Source: Candidatus Merdiplasma sp.
Lineage (GTDB): Bacteria > Bacillota > Clostridia > Lachnospirales > Lachnospiraceae
DNA: 31,538 bases
Direction of reading: 5' to 3'
NCBI GenBank assembly: GCA_048203265.1
Contig: DBFBJF010000049.1
Location: 1-31,538 of the forward strand
The notes beneath the pieces were generated by a model, which saw only the letters and a list, made by a program, of their open reading frames with translations, made no database searches and had not been told where the DNA came from. A program made the translations under genes and the position numbers. This document shows, one piece after another, positions 1-8,827 of this stretch (its first letter is position 1; every line of letters starts with the position of its first letter).

Positions 1-199
1 TCTCTTTCTCCTCTTCCATACTTTTTTTCGTATTCCAATCATAGACCAAGGGGAGAAACAAATCGTAACACTTTATTAACTTTTTAGTGATTTTTTGTTC
101 AAAATTTCGAAACATTTCGACATAACTTTACTTTCCTCAACGACATTAGAGCTTTTGAGACATAAAATAACTCGGAAAATAGAAGGAAAAGTCAAACGT

Positions 200-436
200 T
201 TCCGCCCACGAAAAAAGCGCCGAGGTTACCTCCGCACGCACGCGTGCTTCGGCTGCCTCGCCGTGTCCTCTCTTCCCGACTTCTCTTTCAGCGCATCCGC
301 CCCAGACCGCCTTCTTCGAAGGCTTTCCGCTGCGGCGCAGCTTCCGTCTGCGGCGCCGTGGGCGTTCCGCCCACGAAAAAAGCGCATCGCCTACCTCCGC
401 ACATATATGTGCTTCGGTTGTCGATGCGCTTTTTTT
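200..436. repeat. Structured intergenic repeat cluster (two copies of an approximately 61-bp palindromic unit plus small hairpins)
   Basis: ttccgcccacgaaaaaagcgc is identical at 200-220 and 365-385; tacctccgcac and gtgcttcgg are also shared at the same 165-bp offset. Copy 2 folds as aaaaaagcgcatcg...cgatgcgctttttt (376-435) and could also terminate the 456-1400 transcript. Confidence 0.85.
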
Positions 437-455
437 ATGCGCTGAACTGGTGATG

Positions 456-1400
456 TCAATTAAAATATACCAGGTCTTCCTGTGGGGGATCTGCTGATTT
501 CAGGTGCTTCGCATACAGTACCGGGCCTTCGCCGCCGTACTCCGGCACGTTCTCATACCGCACTTCCGCAGTGATCTCCAGCCATTGCTTCTGCTTCAGC
601 CGTTCGGTAAATTTCGACTTACAAATGTAACCGATAAACCGAATATCATCGGCACAGCATGTCATGGCGTTTCTGCCCGGTATGAAGCAGTTGGCCGGAA
701 ATTTCTTCGGCTTCATCACCTTTCCCTTAAACCGGACCGTTTTTCCCGCATACCGCTCCGGCGTATCCATGGCATCCAGATACCAGAGACCGTAATCCGT
801 ATCCTCGATCTCAATGACCTCCGCATTCAGATCATAGGGCGGCTGCTCCTTTCCCAGTTCCAGGGGATTCCCATCCTCATCCTCGAAGGAGAGCATGGCC
901 TGGGGATTCACCGCCTTCACGCTGCGGCGATACATCTGCAGATCCATATCCAGGGAGCAGCGGTTAAAAATCACCATCTCCGTGTAGGAGAATATATTGC
1001 TGAGAATGCTGCGCATATTGGTCAGGTACACATCAAAGGTGCTTCCATCCACCAGGGTAATCACCTGAACAATCTCCCAGCGGCGGGGCAGCTTGCTGTC
1101 ACTAAACTTCTTTGCGTCCCACATTCCATTAAATTCTACAAAAACCCGGTAGGGCCGGTAATATTTCTGACAGTACTCCAGATACTCCGGTGTCAGATCC
1201 TCCTCGTTCTCCACTGTGGCGATCTCGATGTTGTGTCTGGAATACTCCTTTTCATCATACTCCACTTCCCCCTCCTCACAGAGAAGAAGAAGGGTTTTCT
1301 GACCGTCCGCAAAATCCGGGGAAGCCAGCACCTCCTGGATAAACGTACTCTTGCCGCTCTCCAGGAAGCCTGTGATCAAATATACAGGTATCTCCAACAT
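456..1400 (-). CDS. COG0523/CobW-like GTPase domain fused to a C-terminal TCCADD domain (DUF1980/YcgQ C-terminal-like)
   Basis: Walker A-like GFLESGKST, EFNG (Walker B-like), IFNR (G4-like), C-terminal GRNAMTCCADD; AAGGAGAG RBS upstream. Confidence 0.8.
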   Translation of the reverse strand: MLEIPVYLITGFLESGKSTFIQEVLASPDFADGQKTLLLLCEEGEVEYDEKEYSRHNIEIATVENEEDLTPEYLEYCQKYYRPYRVFVEFNGMWDAKKFSDSKLPRRWEIVQVITLVDGSTFDVYLTNMRSILSNIFSYTEMVIFNRCSLDMDLQMYRRSVKAVNPQAMLSFEDEDGNPLELGKEQPPYDLNAEVIEIEDTDYGLWYLDAMDTPERYAGKTVRFKGKVMKPKKFPANCFIPGRNAMTCCADDIRFIGYICKSKFTERLKQKQWLEITAEVRYENVPEYGGEGPVLYAKHLKSADPPQEDLVYFN

Positions 1401-1458
1401 AGAGCTCTCTCCTTCCTTCCCTTGCTTTCACATCCGCCCTCCGTCAGACCGATGTTTT

Positions 1459-2583
1459 TTACTGCTCCAGGCCGAACAGTTCTGCCAGCTTGGCCTCCTG
1501 GAGTTTTGAGCCGATAACGCAGAGACGGCCTGTGTAATCTGCGGCGCCTTCCCGCAGCTCATACTCACCGGGAACCATATCAAAATAAATCCAGGTGCCG
1601 TCCGTTCCGGGAAGCATTCCCTTGGCTCTCAGCACTGCGCCGTACTCTTCGCTCTCAGAGAGCTTTTCCAGAATCTTCTTCAGTTCCTCACGGTCATATT
1701 TGTGGGCTGTCTCCCGTCCCCAGCTGGTGAACACCTCATCCGCATGGTGATGATCGTGATCGTGGTCATGGCCGCAACAGTCGTGGTCATGATGATCGTG
1801 CCCATGGTGGTCATGGTCATGCTCCTCGTGATCATGGGCATGGTGGTGGTCATGCTCCTCATGGTCATGGTGATCGTGATCCTCATGATTATGGCCGTGA
1901 TGTTCATGGTCATGCCCCTCGTGGTCATGATGATGACCGCATACCGGGCAGATCTCCTCCTCCGCCATCAGTTCATCCGCTAGGGAGACAGACTTCTCCA
2001 TGGCTCCCAAAATCTGGTCTCCGGTGATCTGATCCCATGGAGTGGTGATGATGGTAGCGTTGGGATTCTTCTCCCGAATCAGCGCCACCGCGGCATCCAA
2101 CTTATCCTGGCTGGCCTTCTGGGTTCTGCTCAGAATAATAGTGCCGGCGCTCTCCACCTGGTTATTGTAGAACTCGCCGAAATTCTTCATATACATTTTT
2201 ACCTTCATCACATCGGCCACCGTCACCAGGCTGTTCACCGTCAGATCACAGTCCGCCGCCACATCCTCCACTGCTCTGCGCACATCGGAGAGCTTGCCCA
2301 CTCCAGAAGGCTCAATGATGATCCGGTCCGGAGCAAACTGCTCCATCACCTGCTTCAGCGCCTTGCCAAAATCTCCCACCAAAGAGCAGCAGATACAGCC
2401 GGAGTTCATCTCCGTAATGTTAATTCCCGCATCCTTCAAAAAACCGCCGTCAATGCCAATCTCACCAAATTCATTCTCAATCAGCACAATCTTCTGGCCC
2501 GCAAATACCTCTGAGATCAGCTTCTTAATCAGTGTGGTCTTGCCTGCGCCCAGGAAGCCGGAAATAATATCAATCTTTGTCAT
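1459..2583 (-). CDS. COG0523/CobW (G3E family) metallochaperone GTPase with His-rich insert and CobW_C domain
   Basis: GFLGAGKTT, ENEFG, GCICC, IIEPSG motifs; His/Asp/Glu tract at about 1744-1935; LRAKG in the C-terminal domain. Start reassigned to MTKIDII (2583) from the ORF-track start 2661. Confidence 0.92.
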   Translation of the reverse strand: MTKIDIISGFLGAGKTTLIKKLISEVFAGQKIVLIENEFGEIGIDGGFLKDAGINITEMNSGCICCSLVGDFGKALKQVMEQFAPDRIIIEPSGVGKLSDVRRAVEDVAADCDLTVNSLVTVADVMKVKMYMKNFGEFYNNQVESAGTIILSRTQKASQDKLDAAVALIREKNPNATIITTPWDQITGDQILGAMEKSVSLADELMAEEEICPVCGHHHDHEGHDHEHHGHNHEDHDHHDHEEHDHHHAHDHEEHDHDHHGHDHHDHDCCGHDHDHDHHHADEVFTSWGRETAHKYDREELKKILEKLSESEEYGAVLRAKGMLPGTDGTWIYFDMVPGEYELREGAADYTGRLCVIGSKLQEAKLAELFGLEQ

Positions 2584-2718
2584 AAATAAAATACCCTTCT
2601 TTCTATACAAAACCTGTTCCTTAGCCCTAAACAAAAAGCAGAGCTGCTTTCGCAGCTCCACTATTATAATACAAATTTCTCGAAGTTTCCAGTCCCCTGT
2701 CCCGGTTTCCGACCTCCC

Positions 2719-3477
2719 TTATCGCTGGAATTTTCCCAAAAACTCCTTCATCCGGGCGTGCTCCGCTGTAAAGACCTCCTCCGGTGTGCCGGACAGTGCC
2801 ACCACGCCCTTGTCCATAAAGATAATCCGGTCGGAAATTTCCCGGGCGAAGGCCATCTCATGGGTCACGATCACCATGGCAATATGAAGATCCGCCAGAG
2901 ATTTGATCACCTTCAGCACCTCTCCGGTGAGCTCGGGATCCAGGGCGGAGGTGGGCTCGTCAAAAAACAGAATCTGAGGATTCAAAGCCAAGGCCCTGGC
3001 TATGGCCACACGCTGGCACTGTCCTCCGGAGAGCTGGCAGGGATAGGCGTTTTCCTTATCAGACAGGCCCATCTTGGCCAGCAGCTCCCTGGCCTCCCGG
3101 TATACCTCTTCCTTGTTTCTCTTCTGGTTGTGTATGGGGGCGTCCGTAATATTTTTCATCACAGAGTAGTGGGGAAACAGATTGAAGTTCTGAAATACCA
3201 GTCCAAAATAAGAGTGGATCTTCTTCGCCTGTTCGCCCTTGGGATAATTCTTCTTTCCGTTTTCGTCAATCCAGGCCGCCTTTTCTCCCATATACCAGAT
3301 TTCTCCGCTGTCAATGGTCTCCAGCATGGTGGCACAGCGCAGCAGCGTGGATTTTCCCGATCCGGAGGGTCCGATGATCGAGAGGATTTCTCCCTTCTCC
3401 ACAGAGAGGGAAATGTCACGGATCACTTCCAGATCCTCAAAGCTCTTCTTTATATGCTTCATTTCTAACAGTTTCAT
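2719..3477 (-). CDS. Polar amino-acid ABC transporter ATP-binding protein (GlnQ-like)
   Basis: [42 protein letters not shown] motifs. Confidence 0.95.
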   Translation of the reverse strand: MKLLEMKHIKKSFEDLEVIRDISLSVEKGEILSIIGPSGSGKSTLLRCATMLETIDSGEIWYMGEKAAWIDENGKKNYPKGEQAKKIHSYFGLVFQNFNLFPHYSVMKNITDAPIHNQKRNKEEVYREARELLAKMGLSDKENAYPCQLSGGQCQRVAIARALALNPQILFFDEPTSALDPELTGEVLKVIKSLADLHIAMVIVTHEMAFAREISDRIIFMDKGVVALSGTPEEVFTAEHARMKEFLGKFQR

Positions 3478-3487
3478 GTGCTCCCCC

Positions 3488-4138
3488 CTACTGATAATAA
3501 TTCAGTTTCTTCTCAATGGCTTCCATCACAACGGCCACCAACAGATTAAAGATGTAGTAGAACACTGCCGCCACCACAAAGGGAACGAACGAAGTCTGCG
3601 CTGCGGCAATCTGCTTTGCGATGGTAAACATCTCCGCATAGGCCAGGGCAAAACTCAGAGAGGTGTCCTTTACCAGCGTAATCACTTCGTTGGTCACTGA
3701 GGGCAGTATCATCTTAATCACCTGGGGAAACACAATCTTGAAAAAGGTCTGCGTCTTGCTGTATCCCAGCATCCTGGCCGCCTCATACTGTCCCGCCGGA
3801 ATAGCCTCGATACCGGATCGGTAAATTTCCGCAAAATAGGCCGCATAGTTGACGGAGAAGCCAATAATAATTGCCGTGAAACGATAGGATCCTCCGATAT
3901 TCATCCCAAACAGGTAGAAGGGCCCGAAATAGACCACCAGAAGCTGAAGCATCAGGGGCGTTCCCCTCATAATTGAAATATAAACTTTTACGATGGTGCG
4001 CAGTATGGGATTTTTTGACATTCTGCCAAAGGACACCAGCAGGCCCAAGGGCAGTGAAAAAATCAGCGTCAGGAAAAAAATCCCCATGGATTTCATCATT
4101 CCTTCGCCCATCTGACTCAGCATTACAGAAAAACTCAT
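3488..4138 (-). CDS. Polar amino-acid ABC transporter permease (HisM/GlnP-like)
   Basis: [37 protein letters not shown]; start set at MSFSVML (4138) behind a GGAGG RBS. Confidence 0.93.
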   Translation of the reverse strand: MSFSVMLSQMGEGMMKSMGIFFLTLIFSLPLGLLVSFGRMSKNPILRTIVKVYISIMRGTPLMLQLLVVYFGPFYLFGMNIGGSYRFTAIIIGFSVNYAAYFAEIYRSGIEAIPAGQYEAARMLGYSKTQTFFKIVFPQVIKMILPSVTNEVITLVKDTSLSFALAYAEMFTIAKQIAAAQTSFVPFVVAAVFYYIFNLLVAVVMEAIEKKLNYYQ

Positions 4139-4186
4139 TTTCTTCCTCCGTGTAAGACATAGCGGCTTCAAAACCCAAAACAAAGG

Positions 4187-4226
4187 GGCTGCTGCAGGAG
4201 CAACACCAACACCTCCTGCAACAGCC
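4187..4226 (-). terminator. Intra-operon stem-loop (partial terminator or mRNA stabiliser) between binding-protein and permease genes
   Basis: ggctgctgcaggag (4187-4200) pairs with ctcctgcaacagcc (4213-4226), followed by a T-rich tract on the minus strand. Confidence 0.55.
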
Positions 4227-4289
4227 TGTTCACAGGTTTATACAAACCTCTAGGGTCGTACTTCATTTTACGACTCATTAATCAGCTTT

Positions 4290-5315
4290 CTATTCTTCCT
4301 GTACTGTCTCAGTGGCATCCTCCGCCTGCGCGGCGTCTCCCTGGACGCTGTCCGCCAGGCAAACCATATCGGTCAGCTCATACTTCTCAGCCAGCTCATC
4401 GAAGGTGCCGTTCTCCAGCAAAGTCATCAGATCCTTGTCGATGATGTCAGCCAGTTCCTGGTTGCCCTTCTTGAAGGCCACTGCGTACTGCTCGGAATTC
4501 AGCGTCTCATCCAGGATCTTATATCCCTCTCTGCTCTTGATCTGATACTGGGCAACTCCCACATCCATGGCGATGGCATCAATGCTGCCTGCCTGGAGCT
4601 CAAGGAAAGCACTGTTGTAATCCGCGAACTGCTGCAGCGTTCCGAAGGTGTCGGCCAGAGCCTTCTGGCCCTCCTCATCCTCCAGCAGGGTCAGAGCGGC
4701 GGACGCTGCCTGCACACCCACAATTTTCCCAGCCAGATCCTCCAGGCTGTTGATGCCGGAAGCCTCTGAGGTGACAATCACCTGGCTGTTGTCCACGTAG
4801 GGAACGGAGAAGGTGTAATCATCCTCCCTGCCAGTCATGGTAAAGCCGTTCCAAATACAATCGATGGAACCGGAATTCAATTCCATATCCTTGGAATCCC
4901 AGTCAATGGGAGTTTTCACCAGCTCCCAGCCTTCAATATCGCAGACAGCCTGGGCCAGCTCCAGATCAAATCCGGTATACTCTCCGTTATCATCCATATA
5001 TCCGTAGGGCGGATACTCCGCGTCAAAACCAACCACCAGAACTCCCTCCTCGGCAGTGGTGGTCTTCTCCTCTGTCTCCGTCTCCACACCTGCTTCCGTG
5101 GTATCCTCCGCAGCGTCGGTCTCCGCTTCCGTGGTATCTTCTGCAGCGTCAGTCTCCTCTTCCGCAGCAGTCTCCGCCTCCGTAGCGGCCTCTGCCTCTG
5201 TGGCAGCAGCCTCCGTAGCCGGGGCCTCGGTCTCCGCTTTCTTACTTCCGCATCCTGCAAGCACCGCCGCAGTCACAGCGCCCATCATCAGCACCCCTAA
5301 CATTTTCTTTTTCAT
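4290..5315 (-). CDS. Amino-acid ABC transporter substrate-binding lipoprotein (SBP family 3)
   Basis: MKKK signal peptide with LAGC lipobox, acidic E/T/A linker, VGFDAEYPPYGY, GFDLELA, IDCIWNGFT; start 5315 follows a GAGGAGGA RBS. Confidence 0.93.
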   Translation of the reverse strand: MKKKMLGVLMMGAVTAAVLAGCGSKKAETEAPATEAAATEAEAATEAETAAEEETDAAEDTTEAETDAAEDTTEAGVETETEEKTTTAEEGVLVVGFDAEYPPYGYMDDNGEYTGFDLELAQAVCDIEGWELVKTPIDWDSKDMELNSGSIDCIWNGFTMTGREDDYTFSVPYVDNSQVIVTSEASGINSLEDLAGKIVGVQAASAALTLLEDEEGQKALADTFGTLQQFADYNSAFLELQAGSIDAIAMDVGVAQYQIKSREGYKILDETLNSEQYAVAFKKGNQELADIIDKDLMTLLENGTFDELAEKYELTDMVCLADSVQGDAAQAEDATETVQEE

Positions 5316-5418
5316 CCTGACATCCTCCTCTTCGTCCGAATCCTCACCGGGATCTTCCTCGCGGCCGGCGCTCGGTACTTTTTTATAGTAGCACTCTACC
5401 ATGCTAAATTGCAGGTGT

Positions 5419-5447
5419 ATCATAGCACAAACCCCGGAAACTGTCAA
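5419..5447 (-). promoter_or_regulatory. Sigma-A promoter of the amino-acid ABC operon
   Basis: TTGACA (5447-5442), 17 bp, TATGAT (5424-5419) with extended TG; a 10-bp inverted repeat (5431-5440/5452-5461) brackets the -35. Confidence 0.8.
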
Positions 5448-5499
5448 GCAATTTCCGGGGTCTACAGCATATAGCATATATGATGTTACTATTCTGTTA

Positions 5500-6375
5500 C
5501 TATTCTTTTGCCGCATTCTCCTTCACCACCTGCATGTGGGGATAGGCAAAATCCACATCTGGTTCCGCCGCAAACCGATGCACCAGATTTCTGCGGATGT
5601 CGCTGCAGGCGGCGAAATTTTCCTCCACCGTCTTCGTCACCACAGAGACTCTCAGGCTGATGCCGCTGTCTCCCAGCTCTCTCACCAGGACAGCCACCGG
5701 CTCCGCCGCCTGCTGCTCCTCTCTGGCCGCCCTCACATAGGGATGGGCCATCACCTCCTGGGAAGTCAGGTAAATGGCCTTTTCCAGGTTGGATTCATAG
5801 GTGACAGAAAAATCCAGAAAATTCGAGCTGACGGATTCTGAATCAAAGTAGCTGTTATCAATCACACACATATCCATCTTGGAATTGGGGACGATCACAT
5901 TAGAGGAATTCGCCACATTCTCAATGATGGTACTTCGCAGATCAATGGACTTAACGTATCCCGTAATGCTGACGCCATCGATGGTAATCTGTACCCGGTC
6001 GCCAATCTGAAACGGCCGGAATATGGAAATAATAAATCCATGGACAATGTTCGTCAGTCCCTCCTGAAACACAAACCCCAACACCACTACAATCAGGGAG
6101 GAGGACATGAGGATCTGGCTGGTAAATCCGGAGAGCACGGTGGAAAGGCTGCAGATCTTCATTCCGATTGTGATAATCAAAAACGCCTTTACACATCCCT
6201 TAGCGAAACTGATGTGGATGCCGCTCCTCTTCTTAAACGGTTTAAAAATGAGGTCCACCATCTTTACAGCGATAATCAGCACCGCCAGCAAAAACAATCC
6301 GTAATACAGATTGTCGGATGTGATTGCCTGCAAAAATGACTTGGCAGACCCTTTTAAATCTTCATAATTACTCAT
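5500..6375 (-). CDS. mscS: Small-conductance mechanosensitive channel family protein
   Basis: Three N-terminal TM segments, GFVFQEGLTNIVHG, RPFQIGDRV, IDLRST, VPNS, terminal FAYP. Confidence 0.88.
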   Translation of the reverse strand: MSNYEDLKGSAKSFLQAITSDNLYYGLFLLAVLIIAVKMVDLIFKPFKKRSGIHISFAKGCVKAFLIITIGMKICSLSTVLSGFTSQILMSSSLIVVVLGFVFQEGLTNIVHGFIISIFRPFQIGDRVQITIDGVSITGYVKSIDLRSTIIENVANSSNVIVPNSKMDMCVIDNSYFDSESVSSNFLDFSVTYESNLEKAIYLTSQEVMAHPYVRAAREEQQAAEPVAVLVRELGDSGISLRVSVVTKTVEENFAACSDIRRNLVHRFAAEPDVDFAYPHMQVVKENAAKE

Positions 6376-6395
6376 ATTCGTACTCCATAATAACT

Positions 6396-6486
6396 ATGGG
6401 GCTGCCGCAAAAGATACTCCAGCCCCCTGACATGGGTACAACATCGGATGTCAGGGAAGCTATTGTCGTTTTTGCGATAGCCCCAT
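6396..6486. repeat. Nested intergenic inverted repeat (terminator or REP-like)
   Basis: atggggctgccgcaaaa (6396-6412) pairs with ttttgcgatagccccat (6470-6486) at 15/17; inner stem ccctgacat/atgtcaggg. Confidence 0.7.
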
Positions 6487-6492
6487 GGAATC

Positions 6493-7662
6493 TTAATTAT
6501 CTACCAAAACACCCAAACCACCTTGACTCCCGGAAGCCGTTTCCGTCGAAGTCTGCGTCGAGGAAGACGAGGAACTTTCACCGGCATTCAGTTTTTTCAC
6601 CTGTCTCATAATGTAATTATAAAGCAGCCGGCTGACCTTTGTGGAATAATGAGTCCCGTCTACGGTTTTGTAAAGGCATCCCTGACTCTTCAGGTAGGCC
6701 TCCGCGCTGATACACTTATTCCCGAAAGCCGCTCTCATCTTCTGGTTAAATGCCACCCGGGCCGCGTTTATCTTCGTCTTCTCGCTGGTTTTCGGGAGCA
6801 CATCCGCAAAGTAGAAATGGGCTTTGGGGTATTTCTTGATCAAAGCACGGTAATAGCGGATGTAGGCATCCACATTTGACAGATCATTGTGCCCCAGCAT
6901 GAACACCACCGTACACCTGGGATTTTTCTTTAAATAGCTGTTCAAACGGCTGGCCGCAGTGTTCCTCATCCAATCATATCCTGCGCCGCTCTTGGCAATA
7001 AAAACCGTGCCTTTTCCGCTCACCGCTGAGCTCATATCCACAATCCGCGAAGCGCCGATAAAGATACAATTATCGGTCTTAGCCAAATTTTTTACTTCAC
7101 CGGCTTTGTTGATCTTCCTCCCCTGAACTGTCTTATTGACAACCTTGGCTCCATCTTTCCCCACATAGCTGTTTCCCACCCAGCTGTTGGTTACCATCTT
7201 TCCAGTGCGGTCAAAATAGTAGGTTTTTCCGAAAATCTTTTTCCACTTTGCCTGTAATCTGGCTCCGGTAGCGCCATAATAATAAACCTTGCCGCCCTTT
7301 TTCAGGAACTTCTTAATGTACAGCTTTCCATTGGAGTCCGCATAGTAATAGCACCCCTTATACTGGAAAGAACCGGTCTGTACATACCCTTTATCGTTAA
7401 AATAATAGACGTTCCCGTCTATCACACACCACTGAGACTTGATGTAGGTTCCGTTCTTTTTCTTGTACCGGATTCCCTTCGCTTTCTTCACCCATTTTCC
7501 CTTGGAAACCTTATTCTTTCTGGCAGTCTTTACTACCTTCGGGTCTGTGGCCGCCTGAGCCTGGCGCACATTGGCAGCCGAAAATACTGTCGTCAGCATC
7601 AGCAACGCCAGTATCATCAATATTCCCCTTATTCTGTTCCCTTTATTTTCCTTGCTGGACAT
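6493..7662 (-). CDS. Secreted Lys-rich protein with cell-wall/choline-binding repeats and an SGNH/GDSL-like hydrolase domain
   Basis: Signal peptide ending AQA; repeats W..IDGNVYYFN..G, YYYADSNG, YYFDRTGKM; SGNH blocks FIGASR, SGAG, LGHND, DGTHY. Confidence 0.8.
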   Translation of the reverse strand: MSSKENKGNRIRGILMILALLMLTTVFSAANVRQAQAATDPKVVKTARKNKVSKGKWVKKAKGIRYKKKNGTYIKSQWCVIDGNVYYFNDKGYVQTGSFQYKGCYYYADSNGKLYIKKFLKKGGKVYYYGATGARLQAKWKKIFGKTYYFDRTGKMVTNSWVGNSYVGKDGAKVVNKTVQGRKINKAGEVKNLAKTDNCIFIGASRIVDMSSAVSGKGTVFIAKSGAGYDWMRNTAASRLNSYLKKNPRCTVVFMLGHNDLSNVDAYIRYYRALIKKYPKAHFYFADVLPKTSEKTKINAARVAFNQKMRAAFGNKCISAEAYLKSQGCLYKTVDGTHYSTKVSRLLYNYIMRQVKKLNAGESSSSSSTQTSTETASGSQGGLGVLVDN

Positions 7663-7708
7663 ATGAACGAACCCCTTTATTTCATCTCACATCTTCTCTC
7701 TTACTTAT

Positions 7709-7737
7709 AATATAGAGGTTTTTACTAAAATTTACAA
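7709..7737 (-). promoter_or_regulatory. Candidate sigma-A promoter of the SGNH gene
   Basis: TTGTAA (7737-7732), 17 bp, TATATT (7714-7709) in an AT-rich gap. Confidence 0.45.
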
Positions 7738-7749
7738 GTGTATAAATTC

Positions 7750-8775
7750 TTAAGATTCCATAATGTTTTCCGCCCGTCGGAAAGCGATCCGGGGGCTGAG
7801 CGCTGCCGCTCCCAGGCCAGTCCCCGCCAGGCTGCACACGGCAGAGCGAACCAGGTTCCAGAGCATGGTGAGCTGATCTGCCCCCAGTGGGGTGGCAAAA
7901 ATCCGCAGCAGATTCTGCCTCTGCCCCTGCCACCATTCTGGCCAAAAATCAAAATCTGACCACCGGGACGGAAGCATATCGGCCGGTATGCGCAGCCGGC
8001 TTTTTAACATCCAAAGCAGCAGCGCAAAAGCGGCCCCGGTTCCCAGAAGTCCCAGGAATCTGGAGAAAAGAGTCCTTTTTTCTCCCCACCCGGCCAACAG
8101 TGAGGCCCCCAGGGTGACGGTTAAGACAACAGGTAGAAGCAGCAGCAGATCTTCTACAACAGCACAAAGCAGAGTAAAATCAATGACCTCCCCGTTCAGC
8201 CCGTGACGCAGCAGAAACTGTTCCCCCTCCGTTCCCGGGCTGCTGCTCTGGGCAGGATCCAGCACAGCGCAGTCCAGGACCGGTCCGTCACCTGCTTCTG
8301 CCAGGCGGGCCATAGCCCGCTTGGCGCTCTCAAAGGTGCCAAGTACCTGGTAGGACTGTCCATTGCACCACAGAATCTGTCCTCCCACGGACAGTGTGCC
8401 AAACAGATCCTGAGCGGTCTTTTCATCCACCAGGCAGCCCTCGGGCTGCCAAGACAACAGATTTCCCCCGGGAATCACAAGCTCCGGGTTCCCCGAGCAG
8501 GCAATCAGTGTCACCCGGCTGGTGTTTCCTGTCTCTTGGCAGGACACTGTCATATCCGCCTGCTCTCCCCAAAAGCCCACCTCCACGGCATTCTCCCGTT
8601 CAGCCTCCAGCTCACAGATCCGTTCTCCCTGTTCCCGCTCCAACCCGCTCTCATCGAGAAAAACCGATACCCGGCCAGCGTTTTCTCTAGCCTGACCGCA
8701 CCAGCCTGCGGCCAAAAAGAGCAGTCCCAGGGCCGCGGTCATTTCCAGAAGTTTCCATATGGTTCTCATACCCAT
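7750..8775 (-). CDS. Membrane protein with MacB-like extracytoplasmic core domain (ABC permease-like)
   Basis: One N-terminal TM, about 170-aa soluble domain with GCLVDEKTAQDLFG...VGGQILWCNGQSYQVLG (MacB_PCD-like), three C-terminal TMs, IPADMLPSRWSDFDFW motif. Confidence 0.65.
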   Translation of the reverse strand: MGMRTIWKLLEMTAALGLLFLAAGWCGQARENAGRVSVFLDESGLEREQGERICELEAERENAVEVGFWGEQADMTVSCQETGNTSRVTLIACSGNPELVIPGGNLLSWQPEGCLVDEKTAQDLFGTLSVGGQILWCNGQSYQVLGTFESAKRAMARLAEAGDGPVLDCAVLDPAQSSSPGTEGEQFLLRHGLNGEVIDFTLLCAVVEDLLLLLPVVLTVTLGASLLAGWGEKRTLFSRFLGLLGTGAAFALLLWMLKSRLRIPADMLPSRWSDFDFWPEWWQGQRQNLLRIFATPLGADQLTMLWNLVRSAVCSLAGTGLGAAALSPRIAFRRAENIMES

Positions 8776-8827
8776 TTTCCGCTCACAATTCCTTTCTCCA
8801 GGGAATCCCTGTGTTCACCAGCGCCTC

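Noticed and set aside
1..42. Start of a minus-strand gene running off the left edge (ATG at 19 or 42)
   Set aside because: Too little sequence to support a call.
95..453. Plus-strand ORFs of 116 and 69 aa with repeated FRPRKKR
   Set aside because: The peptide repeat is just the translation of the palindromic DNA repeat; no convincing RBS.
1680..1983. Met/Thr/Ile-rich and Met/Val-rich ORFs
   Set aside because: Alternative-frame readings of the His/Asp codon tract of the CobW gene.
5386..5409. CIRCE element
   Set aside because: Contains TAGCACTC but the second arm and 9-bp spacing of TTAGCACTC-N9-GAGTGCTAA are not met, and the downstream genes are not chaperones.
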